A stretch of DNA of 64,000 nucleotides from Yuukianura sp. NJ FZ-2021 (lineage: Eukaryota). The notes under the pieces are model-generated. The model searched no databases. It saw only the letters and a program-made list of their open reading frames with translations, and had not been told where the DNA came from. The DNA is taken from the NCBI GenBank assembly GCA_046563655.1, contig CM102289.1, positions 8,432,001 to 8,496,000 on the forward strand, written 5' to 3'. The stretch's first letter is position 1. Each line of letters begins with the position of its first letter. This document shows positions 12,401-27,108 of the stretch, piece after piece. The translations under genes and the position numbers were made by a program.

Positions 12401-15400
12401 TTCATTTAGAGTTTGGTGGCGGTTGAAATTTTTATGGCGGGTATAGAGGAAGTTGGAAATGGGATTTCTGGAGGGGATAGTGTCTGACCCTGCTTTTACA
12501 TGCACATTTTTTATAGAAAGTTGTGTGGAAAGGGCTATGAAAAATATAAAAGATAGAAATGAATTGAAATGCTATGAATGTGGAAATATTATTTGTAGAT
12601 GGAGGAAAAAGTCAGCGTAGGGAGATTTCTACTATTCTTCGGAAATGCTGAAAATTGCTTCGGAGCATGAGCGTTATGGATTGGTTTTAGATAAGGAAAA
12701 GCTTGAGACGTAACTTCAAATTTTCCCGTCCTATGGCAGTAGTAAAATTGGCAGTAGAATATGCAGTTTTTCGAAAACACTGGAGTGATTTTTTAAAACA
12801 TTTTTGGTGTTTTTGTTTTTTGAGCATTTTTGGTATCATTTTAGTTTAGTTTAAAGAGCGTTTAATTCTGCTTTAAGAGTTGATGTCAAGAGTTGAACAA
12901 AAGAGAAAAAAGTTGAAGAAAAAAGAAAAGTTGAGTTGGACGTTGAAAGTTTGGATTTTTTTGAAAAGAGGGAGAGAAAAGCTATTTTCTTGATTCAGAA
13001 AATAAGAAAGGCGGAAAAAGTTTTGTGTGTCTGGCCATAGTAAGATATTATTCGGGTTATAAATCATTGATCTGTGTATCTCAAATGGCTTTTTCCTCTT
13101 CCACTTTGGTTGGTTTGGAGCTGCACAGAGAAAGTAAGAGAAAGTGTAGAGATGGGTTGAATGTCTGAGGTCATGGCCTTCTTCTCCTTCTGGAACTTAT
13201 GATACTCTACTCAAGAGAAGAGACTTCACCATTGTGTTTCTTTTTGTACGCGGAGTTAAAGCCATATAAATGACTCGACAACAGCATTGCGACAATTCTG
13301 TTTCCAGGTAATGCTTCCAAGTGCTCTTGTGCTCCACTTTCTCATCTAGTTCTACTTGGTGGAGTGGGGAAGGAGAAAGGAATAAGTGGAGAGAGGAAGG
13401 ATTTGATTAGTTTCCGGTTGGTTCCATCCAGACATTGTCCAGTAACTGAAAAAAAGTAACTTATGTTAGCCTAACTTAAAAGTGGAGGAGAGATGGACTG
13501 GAAACGGAGAAAGTGAAAGGAATTGGAGAAAATGAATTTCCGTTTTTGGATTTTTGGGTTTTCGTTTTTTGTGTTTGAAATTTGTTTGACCATGGTGTGG
13601 TTTGAGGATGCGGTGAGAGGAAAATTTTGAGAGGGTGAAAGTCCACTCTGCTAGGTTAGGTTTTGCACTTTCTCTGTGTTATATCCTATTTTGTTTGTAC
13701 TTTTCTTGTGTATATCCAAAGGAGAAAATGGAGAGATAAAGGGAGAAGCGGGAAAAGCGTTGTTTGAGTTAGTGGGAGTTAAAATTTTCCAAGAGAGAGA
13801 CGCTGAATCGAACGTTACACGAGTTTATTATTCCAGTTGCGATTTCCTGCTGGGCTGAGTGCCACTGAACATTGAGCAAGTGCAGTGGAAATGGGAAATG
13901 GCATAACCTAACTGGAGGATGCTGGAGAAAGCATAGGTTGGCAACTGAGGTTCTCTTGTTATGTGTAGAACTAGTCTAAGTTCCAGAGGAACTTGGGCGT
14001 AGTGTTGGAGGGGAGAAAGTTTGGAGCTTTGTCACTGTAAATGGTGACTTGTCGATGATTTATGATCAAGTGAATGTAATTGATTTGGATTTTGAGATAA
14101 TCCTGGACCTCTGGAAAAGTTGAAGGGAGGGGACTCTCTCAAGAGTATAAAATGGAAGAGAAAGTGTTTTTCCAGAGTTATAGACAGTTTGATATAAAAG
14201 AGAAAGTTAGGCTATGTTTTTTAGACTATAGTTTTTGGGATTTGGGCCTATGCTGGTGAAAACGTTGGTTGTGACAGGCAGGACTACGGCCTCAACATAA
14301 CTAATCTTAATTGAAAAATGATAATGAAATATTGGACGGGAGAGACTTGTCTTTTACACTTGAACTTTCTCAACTTTCTCTTTTTTGGAAATCTGGCGGC
14401 ACAAAGTCTCGAAGAAAAGATGGATTTTGTTTCAGCAGAAAGTCGTTCTTTTGAATTCGAATTTTGTAACACAAGGAGAACGAAGTTTTCTCTCCAGTTT
14501 TGAGTTTTTTGTTTGTGCTACTTGAGTCTCGTCGTTTGTTTTAAAAGAAACTAATTTTTAAGAAGTTTCGGAGTTTTTAAATTTTTTAGCACCGAAGATG
14601 TGTCTGGTTCAAGTTCCAATTTTATTTTTTAGTGACTAGAACTTGGAACGAGTAGAGTTTAATAATACATGAAGCTGCAGAGTAGCAGAGTATGAATAAG
14701 AAAATTTGAAATAGGAACCCTGTGAATTTTTGAAAAAGCATATTCTGCCCGTGTGTTAAAGAAAGCATACCTAAAGTGAAACAATATTTTACTTTTTGTT
14801 TTTTGGGAAGTGACGGCACAGGTTGAAACTAAATTGGGTTAAGTGGTTTTTTCTTTGTTTATCCCGGAAGTTAATGTTATGGAGGCGGAAGTTGAACAAA
14901 AGACGTTCCGCAATGGAGAAAGTAGAGAAAGTTGTTATTAGGTAATGAATTGCATTGTCTGTTCTTTCTACTTCTAAGATCTTTTTAATGTTTCTCAAAC
15001 CGGAGTTTCCTGGGTGCGGCAGTGAGCAAAAATAGTTTTTTTTAACAAAATACTTTTTTTTAGTACGGGAGTTCCACTTTTGGCTTTTCTCAATTTGCTA
15101 AAGTGAGGTCCTGAATCCGGTCCCGTGTTTGTGTTCCATTGGGAAATTGCGTTGGTATCGATTTGAAGTTCCAAGGTGGCACGAGCAACTTTTTTGTGTA
15201 AGTTTCGGTGCTTTTTAGTTTGGAAAGTGGCAGCAGAAAGTATGTTTGGGCGGAAGACAAAAGATGAAAGCTCTTTATCAACTGCCAACATTATGCAAAC
15301 AAATCATATTTCATGCTTAGGAGGTTTTTGAGCAAGGACTTTTAGGTTACAGAGAAACACTTAAGACTTGACGTCTACTTAACTTATGTGCAGGTTAACT

Positions 15401-15520
15401 TTTGTTCCTTAAAAGTTTGTTAAAGGGGTAAGGAGACTTTCACTTTTGACGGGGAGAGGTCATTTGGAGGCTGATGTGTGGCTAAAAGAAGGGAGAAATT
15501 TATGACTGTTCAGGTTATGG

Positions 15521-15660
15521 TACCGTAAAACTTCTACTAATTGGCGGAAATATAATTTAAGCCGGGTCTAAAACTAAGAAGTTAAATAAAAACGGGGCTC
15601 CAATACTTGAAGGTTAAAAAGTAAATGCGAGGCCGGGCTTCTATTGGAAGTTTTACGGTA
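15521..15660. mobile_element. Tc1/mariner-type MITE (TA-CCGTAAAAC family), copy 2
   Basis: Left TACCGTAAAACTTC; right GGGCTTCTATTGGAAGTTTTACGGTA, whose reverse complement matches the left end of the 5281 element (TACCGTAAAACTACTAATAGAAGCCC). TA flanks. Confidence 0.75.
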
Positions 15661-16713
15661 TTTTAGGCGGGAGAGGCGTTCTCGACGGTGTTAAAAGTAT
15701 AGTAGAGGATTAAAGCTGTGAAACATGAGGACAAGAAATAAAAAGGGAGTAGGAATTACAGCGACCCCATGTCACGCACTTAGTCATTCATGCATGTTTA
15801 CCTTACTTTTACTTTAGGAGTAGCATATGCTTTCTCCTTGCTTTAGTTTAGGTTTTTCTCTTGCAAATCCTTACATGAGGAGGTCTCTGGTGGGAGTCAT
15901 GGCGTGGAAACTAAATGTAACTTATGCTGTCGTACTTTTTTTTGTGTTGCTGCTGGAGCTTTGAACTTTTCTGAATTGCATGTGGAGGAAATTGGGCTTG
16001 GAAGAAGTTTTTTACTTTTACTTTTTTTGTTTGTGGGATTCGAATGATAATGGAGATGATGATGGGAAGGCTGAGGTCTGGAAATCCTAGTTTTTTTCTG
16101 AAATGAAAAATAGTGTGAGAAACTGTGACTGCGAGGTGACACACGGTGAGAGACAGGAATTGGGGTGAAATAAAAAAAAATGAGGGAGATTTTTTTTAGA
16201 AATTTGATACCAAATAGGCTGGGAGTGGAGAATGCGAATTTGCTTTTTCTTTTGTTTTGTGTTTTGTGTTTTTTGAGTTTTAAATGGGGTTAATTGCGAA
16301 GTTTTTTGAGAAAAATTGTGAGGGCGGTGTGCCTTAGTAACAATAATTTTTGTGAAAGTGGAGCAGCGGAGGCTTAGGGGTGTGGTATTTATGATTATCT
16401 TCTGGCCTCGTTCCAAAGTTGGGCAAAACAGGTCGGATATCAAGTGTCAGAGAAAAGCGTCTTTGGAGACTTTTAGTGCCTCAAAAGAAAACAAAAAGTA
16501 AGAATTTTTGGGAATTGTTCCAAAAGGAGAAACTTTTTTCTTGGCTGAAGCTGTCGGCATGAACTCCTAGGGAGAGCTTTACTTATTCTTACGACCTCTG
16601 TGCATGTACAAAGTTTTGGTCATTTAAAAAGTGTTATACTACGGAAAGAGGATGATGAAAACTTGGAAAATGAGAAAATACGACTATGTTTTTGGTCCAA
16701 GTTTAAAAAATTT

Positions 16714-16800
16714 CCTCAACGGGGAATTTCCTCAGCAGGAAATTTCCTCAAAAATTGCCTCAACGGAATTTCCTCCGCAGGAAATTTTCTCAAATATTCC
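16714..16800. repeat. ~44-bp tandem duplication with an internal small inverted repeat
   Basis: CCTCAACGG..AATTTCCTC(A/C)GCAGGAAATTT(C/T)CTCAAA at 16714 and 16758. Confidence 0.75.
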
Positions 16801-19800
16801 CTTAACAAAAAATTTCTTGTAAAAGAAAAACGCAAAACTGAAAAAAAAGTTGATATTTGTCTATTATGGCAGTTTTTGTGTCATCCGTGAAAAGATTTTT
16901 CAATCTTGAAAATTGGGGAAAGAAAATCTAAATGTGAAGCTGATTTTGATCTGAAAATCTTGACGGATGGAGTCTTTTTGAAATAAATTTTAAATCATAA
17001 TGTCAGCTTATACAAATTGGATTCCAGTGTCTCATCTTCCGCTGTCTCTCTAAAGTTCTATGTTGCTCACGTATGCGTTTTTGTTAGTCTCGACTTCGCT
17101 GATTTGTGCTTGTGTTCAAATAAATGTTGGATGTTGGTGCTTCGCTTGAAGAGAAAACAAGTTTTGAGTTTGGGAATGGGGAGAGATATTCATCTCATCT
17201 ATCTCTGGCTGGGTTCTCATAGTGGGATTAAATTAGTCAAAGTAAATTGGATCCCATTGACACGAGGAGGAGGAGATGCTGGAATTTCTTGGGGGGTTAT
17301 TACATGTACTGTGCTGGTGTTGGCAGTATCTTCTGCTCCAAGCATTTCCTCTTCTGAATTCCACCAACTTTCTCTCTAGTATGTGCTGGGGGTGTACTTT
17401 GCTTTGGAAGGAAAGCACAAAGCACAGGATGTTAGGTTGAACCCACCTCTTTACTAAATTGCCTTCAAATGTAAACTAACCTAAGGAAAACTTAAAGTTC
17501 AGACTGCTGCTAAGAACTTGTACTGTGAGATTCAGGTAAATGTCAGGGCGGAGGGGGAGACAGTTGAGAAATGGATCAGAGGAGAAAGTCTTGCTGTTGG
17601 AAATGTTAAATTTCCTGCTGAGTAAAACCTAACGTAAGTTCAAGCTAGGTTTCTTGATGGTAAAATTACTTTCTTGGAGTAGCATGCAATTGGGAATAGA
17701 TTTGAGAGTTTGGCGTACCCTTTAGGCTTTAGCATTCTAATAAGACTCTCTGGCCTCAATGTCCTCTGGGCCATGGCATATGCCAATTTGTTCAATCCAC
17801 CTAGGCAAGTTTTCTGAAGTTTCTTTTTGGAAATGTCAAATAGAAAAAGTATTATCGGCCTCAGATATCTGAGGACACACGACATACTTGAAATAAGTGT
17901 CTAGAAATGGCCAGTGTCGAGGGAATTAATGAAGGAGAAATTGAATAATATGAGAAAAGCCGAGAACTCTTTGTGAGGGAGTAAAGTGACTGTAAGGAAG
18001 GCATTTTGTTAGGTTAGGAACCTATTTTTGTTAGGTTAGACAGTTTTTTGTTCAGTTATGTTGTTAGGTTCATTGTGGAGAGAAAGTGATGATGTGAGGT
18101 AAATGACGTGGAAATGGTCGTTTGAAGTGACAGTTGTCCCAGGTGCTTCCGCTCTGCCTCATTCTTTTCAAATCTTGACTTTCTTTTAGACAGTCAACTG
18201 TGTTTGGATTCTTTGTGTTATTAAATAATGTGAAGAGATGTCTCATGCGTGTGTCATCCATTTTTCATCAGAGGCAGGGCTAGTGGGGGGTACGGTGAGA
18301 CAGAGAAAGAAGAAAAGAGAAAGTGCGGGAGAGATTTGGAAGTCAATGTCTTTCAAATGGGATTAGCATATGTGAGGACAGTCGCTTTGCGGAAACGATT
18401 CTTTCTTTATGTCACTCAATTTTGGAGTCTAAAAATGACATTTTTGTTAAAATGTTTTTTTCGTCGTTTTTGTGCACGACAACATTTGGTTTAGGCTTGT
18501 TTAAATTCATTTTTTTTTAAACAAAAAGAAAACTATTTTTTTTTCAATTATTCACAATGTAAATTGTGAAAAATTTCTTTATTATGTGAATGGTACTTTT
18601 TTTTAGAAAAACATGTCGATGAAAACTATTGATGCAACTTTGTCGGTCTGTCTGTCTGAATTTTTAGGGTCTAATTTTTGTTTCGTTTTGGAAAGAGTAG
18701 AAATTTGACTGAATGTGAATTTTTGTGCAATTTAATTTATTTTGCCTCCTAATTTGTTTCAAAGTTTGATCGTAAGGGTGATTGGTTTCATGTTTGAAAA
18801 TTAAATTGAAGATTTAAAACGAAAGGACTTTAATGAAAATGCTATCTTTTGAGATGTTTTTATTTTATTATTGAAAAAGTTGTGTGAGAGGGGTAAACAT
18901 TTTGGTTGAGTTGTGATAATGCCTTGGGGGAAAGAACAAATCGAAGTTGGAACAGACGAGGGTTCGGCCGAAACGAAAAACCAATGGAAAGTGGCTAGAT
19001 AAAAATCGACTGAAACCCATTTCCTATTTCTCCTTTTCTTTTCACTTACACTCTATGACTTTCTCCTAAGCTTTTTTTTCTCTTTTGGAGAGGGATGAAG
19101 AGAAGAAGAAAAGGGAATGAATTGGAGAGAAATTGAAGCAATTTATTTGTCAGAGGGAATTGAATACATTAGTTGCAAGGGAGGGAAAAGGGGTAGGGGG
19201 CCCTAGCTTTATTTGGATTCCAAAATCCCTAAACCTACACTAAACCTATGCTATTACACTACAACTGTTAGGGAGGAAGATCTTTCATTCTGTCTGGCCG
19301 AGAGTCAAGTGGAGTAAGAGGCTCATTCATTAGTTATTATTGCCTCGAGGATTTATTTCACTTGGTGAAAGTGATGTAAGAGAGGAGCCTAATCTGCAGT
19401 ACAGATGGAGACGAGTGCCCATTTCCTCAAATTCTGAGGAATAGTGTAGCCCTTATTCTTGTTTCCTTTGGGCTGTGGGAGAAAGGAGGCTTGGAGGAGG
19501 AGGAGGGAGGAGGAAGTGGAGAAAGGAAGGAGATCATTACCCATTCCTTGATCTGCTATGAATGAATAATGCAGCGGAATAGGAGGAATTATCCTCAGAC
19601 TCGGATTTATTGTGTGTGAGATACGCTGAATCAGAGGCAGCAAAGGGAAAGTGAGGCAGAACCCTCCATTTCATTTTGGAATGTCAGCGTCTTTATGATG
19701 TAAAAGCGGGGAGGGAGAGCTGCAGTTTTTTTTGAAGGTTGAGAACGGGAGATTTTTTTTTTCAGTTTTTTTGCTTTCACTAGCCGCACGTCGTTCCTAC

Positions 19801-22800
19801 AGTTGAAATGAGCTCAATAGGAGGTTTTTGGGAGGAAAGTCTCCATTCTGGGCTTTCCCTGCTTTTGGTTTTCCTTTGAAAGGTCCATATGGAAGGCATT
19901 GTGGAGTGATATGTGTCTCACTGCGGCAGTAAACCATCAATGACGCTTTCTGTATCCTGCGAGATCCTAAAGGAAAGTGTAGAGCTTTTTTTGGCGGGAA
20001 AAGGAAGATGGAATTGGAAAAAGGAAGGTAGGACTCTCCAGAGGGATGTGGAGGTGTGGGAATAGCCTCAACCAGTCGTGTGTGAAGAATAATTTTTATT
20101 TGAGAATTTGGAAGCTGGAGCTACGGCTAGTTTTAGTGCGAGAAAGGAAGTTGTGCTGCTTGTGGAGGAGAAAGGGAAATCGATATATGGAAAATACAGA
20201 GTTGGAGAGGAGGAAAAGGCGGGAAAAGTCATTAGACTTTCACTTGTGAAAGAGATACAAACATAGGCCTTGTTCTTTTAAGCTGAAGCAAAAGAAAAGA
20301 CGGAGGATTGTTGGATTTGGAAGAAAGAGAAAGTTCGACGTCAAGTCGTGAGACGCGTTGTGTAAAAAAGTTGGTTTGCAATGGAGAACGCAGGGAAAGT
20401 GAGCTGATGTTCTCAACTTGTCTGAAAAGTCGTTCAAAGGGAAATTTTTTTAAAGTTGAGTTAAGTTTTCAGTTTTTGAAGCTTCGAAGTCTGCGTTTGA
20501 TGTGGCAGAATTAATAACAACTGAGAACCTTGTTTGAAATGAGGCAAAGTGAAAGTTGGAATAGCGAGAGTGAAAGTTATGTTGGAATGACGAGAGTGAA
20601 ATTGCAAGTATTTATCATTGACTTAATTGTATATTATGGCTAATGTGGAAAAGTTGTTCATTAGGCCTAATGGCTCTCTGGCTCTGTTTCCAACTTCCTT
20701 TTGGGACTTGTGGAGGGTTTTTGGTGAAAGGGAACGGAAATGGCGAAATGTGCTTTCACACTTTCACTCTGTCTAAACGTGTGTGTGTTAGTAAATGAAT
20801 GTTTGGACGTTTTCTCATTATGACGGTTGCTAATGTTTGCTCAAGAGAAAGTCAAGGATGTTACGACTCGACTTTCACTCTTAGTCTCATTTAGGAAGAC
20901 TACGGCTGGGAAGGAGTGAAAGTCAATGGATCCCTATGGTGGAACTGAGAATTCATTTGCAAAATGTACTCTTCAGGTTTTGTTTACAGTTTTACTAAAT
21001 AGTTTTAGGAGAAAGCTAGGGTGATTCACGGTAGTTGATGCTGATGAGTCACAGTTTGGAGAACCAATAGCGGTGTAAATACTGGAATTTTGATGAGAGT
21101 TTCAGTTTAGATTGAAATTCAAACTGAATTGTGCGGTGGACGTTGAAGAGCTCGGTAAAAGCTAAAGTGCGAAATGTTGAATTTGAAATGGCCGGAAAAG
21201 ATACAAAGTGAAATTGATCTTTGTTGAATTTAGAATAGAATTTCGAGTGAATGGAGCTTAACGACTTTCGTTTTTTTGAATTTCGCGGAACTTTGCAATT
21301 TTACGGCCGGGATAAATGGGTTTGCCAATTCTTAAAAGCTGCCGTTATTACTTTTTCTTGCACTGGAACTAGGAGCGTCATATGCTTTGAATTTTTGCAA
21401 GCTGTGGAAATATGTTTCTGTACATTCAAGATTTTTATGTGAGTGTGGAAAATTGGAGTTTCGCATAAGCTGAAAGACTGAAATGGGTGAGAGACGGGAG
21501 AATGGTAATTTCCTATAGGAAGAAGATGAGTAAGAAGGTTCTTGTCATAATGAGCATCCGCTCCTCTTCCCATTCCCTTTCATTACGACTATTTTCTTTT
21601 GTCCTCGTCCCTGAGTAACTTTAATTTTGGAGACTGTAGCAGAATAAGCAGAAAATTGAGCATTTTGAGCCGAATCTGGAGAGAAGTTGGTGAAAGTCGG
21701 TTCCGTTCGGAGAGTTGGAAGTTCCATTTTGTGGAATTGGGTGAGACATGGAGAGGAGAAAGTTCTATCTGTCCATTCCATCTCTATCGTCATTGAATTG
21801 GACCATTTTAATGGATGACTCTTTTATCTGAGTTGGCTGGTGGTGTCGGAAGGAGGTAGAAAACCTAATAGCCTAACCTAACCTAACGTAAAGCGATAGT
21901 GTGATGTTCCAAGTTGATCCTGATTGGTTGCGAAGGGAGGATGAAAGTAAAAGTGAGAGAAAGAAGGAAAAATTGACCATGAAAGTGAGACGGAAGAGCG
22001 GAAGGGAAGCTTTTTCGAAGGTTTTCCGGTAAATGCTGATTGAACTCTCTTGTTTTCATTGTTTTCATTACTCCTTATCCCTAGCATTTTGTTAGAGTGA
22101 GAACGGAATACGTTTTGTTAGTTTTGGGAGTATTAGGTTAGGTTTTGTTATTTTTTGGGAGCAATGTTTTGTGGAAAGTGTTGTTTTTTTGAAGATTTTT
22201 TGGTTTAGGTATTCGTTTTTCTAAATTTTGTGCAGAAATTGGAAAGTTGGGTTTGAACCGCGTGCCGGATTACGGTTTTTGAAGTTTTCGGTTTTCTGCC
22301 CCGCCCTTTTTCTGCCTTGTGTCTTATTTGAATCTTCTTGACTCGTCATCTTCTGTGTGCTTGGCTGTTGGTTGCCAAAAATCCATTGAAACTTGAATCT
22401 TTTTTGAAGGAAGATGGTTCTGGCTTTTGCACTTTCTCCAACTTAGCATGAACGTGTTCAGTCGTTGTGCTCCTCCGGCGGAACTTGAACTTTGAGAGTC
22501 GTCGTGCCGAATGCTAATGACTTGTGGTTTCTTGGTCCAAAAACGAAGTTGTCATCTTCACTAATTAGAGAAGCCTTGGAAAATATAATATTATTTCAGC
22601 TACTCTCGAATTCTGAAACAGCATCACACAAAAGTAGTAACTAAGGAAAAGTTAAGGAATAATCTTGACTTCTGACTGGAGATGCTCATTTATCTTTGGA
22701 AGATGAATTTGGTAAATTTTGGATTTCATTTTCAAATCAATGGAATGATCATTTTGCGGCGCCTGAAATTGAAGTGCCAATGGCATAGCAGAAATGGCGC

Positions 22801-25800
22801 TAAAATAATTGTTAGTTTAAAAAATTTCGATTTTGTTGTCGATTTAGAAATGTAAAAGGAAGACAAATGCTCGATGAAAGTTTTAAGCCGGAGAGGAAAA
22901 TGTTAAGTTTTTTTTTTTTTTTTTGAATATGAGGATGAATTTGTTAAACTAAAAAGTGTTTTAATTGGTTCCAAAAATGTTTAATAAGCCGACATTAGAA
23001 CATCACAATTCGTTTACATAATGTTGAATAATTCCAAAAATGGGTTTTTGGTTTTTAGTTTTTGCAGTATTTGTATAGTCTAAAAGTAATGTTTGGACTA
23101 AAAAGTTAGAGTTTTGTTGAAAAGGAGTGAAATGGGAAGCCTGAAGTTGAAATGGGCTAAAGGAATTGGAAAAGTTTTATAAGGGAATTATGTTTAATGA
23201 ATATATTATGAGAGAGAGTCATTTGGAAGTGTTGAAATAATTATATCATTTTACAAAAGCCATCATGCCATGCTGACTCATTAGAAGACATCTACGCGCT
23301 TCTTGCACTCTAAGCACCCCGTCATCTTCGTCTGTTTCGTCTTCTTTTGGCTTTCTGCAGGGATTATGAATGAGAAAGCAGATTAAAGCCCAACTTTCCC
23401 CTCTACTCCCCTTATCCTAATTAACTTTTGAGAGAGAAAGCGAAAATTCTGAAATTTTGAAATTTTTCGTATTTTTTATTTCACTAAAGACACGATTCTG
23501 ACAGGAGACTGACATGAAGTTAATCCTGTGCTTTCTGTGTACGTGCTTTTTAGAAAAGTTGGATTAGAAAAGTATTGATTTTGTAGATTTTTTTTTGTCT
23601 GCTCGATTCCGAGGATTAGTCGTTCTCTCCCTTTTTGTTTTATTGTTAATTCATTTAATTACTTTCGCCTTCTCTAGAGAAGAAAGAAAAAATTTGGAAA
23701 GAATGGGAACGTCGTCATAAATTTTTCAGCTCGCAAAAAACTTTTTTATGGGAGAGATAACTTTTTTTTTGTCAATAGAAAATATGGAAAAACGTAATTT
23801 TTTTGGACTGACATATCAAAATATGTCAGCGGAGCTCTGCACGACTGGAATACATAATTTCTAAAAGACTGTTTGGGACAACGTACTAAAAAAAAAGTTT
23901 ATTTTCAGTTTTGAAAAGTTGGTTTTAGTGGGAAATTTTGAAAATGGAGTCAGAAATCATGGTTCGTTTATGACTAAAATCACTTGTGCAGGCCTGGAGG
24001 GGATGAGAGAGACGCTAATTTAGTTTTATTAAGGTATAAACGGGTCGATGTAAACTTCAGTTGTGGCGGGAACTTTTTGGCACTAGATTTGAAGTGAGAG
24101 CGTTGTTAGTAATGATATGGAGATACACTTTACATAAGTGTCAAGTTAGCGTAATGGAGAAAAGTCAGGAGTAAGCCATTAGGCTACTCTGACAACATAG
24201 GCGCTTCGCCTGCCTCTCGTTTATGTCCTTGTGTGAGTAATGTAAGGATCCTAAAATTGGATTTATGTTCTCTAGATTGTCAAAACCACAAAAAGCTTAA
24301 ACACTTTTGTAAAAGTTGGCGTTTGCGTTATGATCAGTGTCAATTTTAGAAAGGAGGCACTTTGAAAGTGAACAGGAGAAATAAAGTTTTAAGCATTAGT
24401 TTTTAACAGATTTTTTAAGAGCGCATACAAACCTCAAATTTATGACTCTTTGGTTTATTTTGAGTTTGGTTGAACTTTAACTTAAAAAACGGCGGTAAAA
24501 GTGCTTCGTTTTTTATGGTGTCGGTGATGTAATGGTGCTAAAGACGAACAGATTTGTGTTTGTTCATTTGAAAATGAGTTCGGCCATAAGTCTTGTTATA
24601 ATTGGAAAGGCCAGGTCGTGCGCACGACCTAATGCGCATTACAAAGGTCTTAAAAGTCTCTAGAATTGGTCATTGTTGTTGACCTAGGTTGCTAAAAGCA
24701 TAGCCTAACTTGTAGGCTGAGCTATTTTAGGCCTAACTTTCTCTTTGAAGTTGGTTATTTCGCAGAAGTGGGCGTAAGGGGTCCTTATGGAATGCACAAT
24801 AAAGGAAATTTGTTACTGGATGGTCCATGGTGTCGTTTTTCTTGGAAGAGGCCTGGAATTGGAAGGATGAGGAAGAGGCTAAGGGCTCTAAATGTCGCCA
24901 TTTAGGAAAGCCACAATTTATAATCAATGTCCTGGACACTTCCTTCTTTCTCTTTCCTCTTTATTTCCCTTACTTTCCTTGGGAACTTTCTTTTTAGTAT
25001 TCTTTTACACTGGGAAGTACTAAAAGGAACTCTGTTTCTATTTTAGTAGGGTAGATTCTAGAGTATTACTAAAGGCTAGGCTAAAATGTTATCTGGAGAC
25101 TGCAGAAAGTAAGATACAAGAGCGGAGGAACATGGTTGAACGTGCGTTTTTTAAGAAAAAAGAGGAGAAAGTTGGACACGGGTAGTTTTTTGTCTAAAAA
25201 AGATAAAGGGCAGCAGAGTTATAATCTCGTTTTCTGGAAGACGGAGAAAGTGGATGGGGAGGAGGCCTAACAAAAATGCATAATGGATTAGTCTAACAAG
25301 GGCGGCAAGAAAATACTTTTTTGAAAAGTTTCTTTTTTGTTGCTTTTTTCTTCTTTTGAGAAGAAGAGAAAGAATTTGGAGACTTTGGGGAAGAAATGGG
25401 CCGAAACTTTCTCTTTTCAATAGCCAAAGTTGGAGAAAATTGATTAAATGCTAAAGTTTTTGAGTTTTTTGGCAAAAGGTCGTGAACTTGTGTTTCTCTA
25501 ATGATTTGGAACACTATATTTTGAAAACGTGATTTTGAAAATGGTATTTTGAAAATGTTATTTTGGAAGTATACTAAAGTTGCTTGTGCTGGCGGTGATG
25601 CATGGAATTTTGGCAAGGGAGAATAACTCTGCTCGAGTTTCATCTCATTATGAAATAGATTTTGAAAATTGATTAATTTGTAAAGCTAAATTTTCAAAAG
25701 CTCTGCTCGTGCCAAAATGGAAGTAGATTTGAGAGTGTAATAATAATTTGGAAATGACTTGACATTTTCGTTCGTTCATTTCAAATGGAGTGACATGACG

Positions 25801-27108
25801 GCGGGAAACCATCTGCATCTTTCCTGTGTCTCGATTTTGAAACGAGGCAGAGATTTTGAAAAAAGAGAGGTGGAAAGAGCGTAGTGTTTGTTCTAAAATT
25901 AGGCAAAAGTTTTCAAAGTCAAAGCATCTGACATTGATTACCGACTTTGTTTTGTATATTATAAAAAGCGGGTGTTTGGAAATCATTTTGATAAATTGGG
26001 CCTTTGGAATTTAGAAAGGCAATTTCGGAAGATTTTTCGACTTGACTATTTGAAATTTCCTTTTTGGACTTTTGCCAAAAGTGGGGGGGAAAGTGATTTT
26101 TTGAAGTTAAATTGTGCAAGACTTGTGTAGAATAATGCATCTAATGTTTTGTTTGTTTTCGGATGACCCTGGAAATGGGTGTGTAATTTTCGTCGCGTGG
26201 CATTGCAATAGTTTTCCACATTTCTAAAGTGGCGGCACTTGGTAAACAAAAGCCTTAAAAATAAAGTTAGCAAAATGAATGCAATTTGTGGGAGAAAATT
26301 GTGGCGATTTTATGCTCCAATGGTTTGGGAGTTACCAGGTTGTAAACTACACTAAAATATGGATGAAGAATTGATTTTCTAGAAAAGCAGGTGAAAATTA
26401 GTGAAATCGTTAGTTTTTTTTTGGATTGGTCAAAAACGAAGTTATTGGAAAATTCAAATTGTCAAACAGCAAGTCCGTTTTTTTTCAAATTTAGAAAGTT
26501 GGAAAGTTGAAGGAACTTGGCTATAAATAAGTGGCGCGGGGTTATTTGTGGTGAAAGTGGAGAAAGGCTAGTTTTTTTGATTGCTGGGCAGAGTTAACTA
26601 CTATAGAAAATCAATAACCTCATCAACCTATTTATGAGTTGGGCACGAGGTTTCAATTTTAGCAGCCACGCGAAAATAAACGTGGGAATGTGAGCTTATT
26701 TATAATTTGCGATGGAAAAGCACCAAACTGCGAAGGCGGAGCTAAAAATAACATGTTTTTGTGAAAACCTAGACAAAATATGCGTTGGAGAAAGTTTACT
26801 TGTGGATTTTGTGTGCCGCAAAAACTTATGCCACAAACTGGGAAAGACTTAAATAAATTAAAATTGAAATTATTGTTTATAAAAAAGTCGACAAAGGTAA
26901 ACAATTTTTACTAAACATGTGAAATGTTGAAAAGGTGAAGCCGACGTAAAACGCAATTTTCGAGTTCCCAGAAAAATTTTGTGTACAACTTTTCCAAAAG
27001 CAAAACTGTCGAAATTCTTTTTTGTAGCTTGGAAAGTTTTGTGACTGAAATTTGGAAAATTGCATTATTTCTATTTTCTAAACATTGTTATTTTTGTGTG
27101 ATTTGCAG

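Larger units (their letters stand above)
1..27108 (+). other. Probable long 5' intron (or upstream regulatory region) of the semaphorin gene; no credible coding sequence
   Basis: The first recovered semaphorin exon starts at a TTTGCAG acceptor in phase 1 and lacks an ATG/signal peptide. The region has the same G-rich + strand skew as the downstream semaphorin introns. Track ORFs here are short and F/K/L-biased. Confidence 0.6.

Noticed and set aside
17017..17379. Hydrophobic stretch (WGVITCTVLVLAVSSA) as the missing semaphorin signal-peptide exon
   Set aside because: No suitable phase-1 donor before the stop and no semaphorin-like N-terminal sequence after it.
272..27065. Dozens of 60-130 aa ORFs in the supplied track
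   Set aside because: Low-complexity F/K/L/S-biased translations of skewed intronic DNA, mostly with TTG/GTG starts, no recognisable domains and no consistent exon chains.
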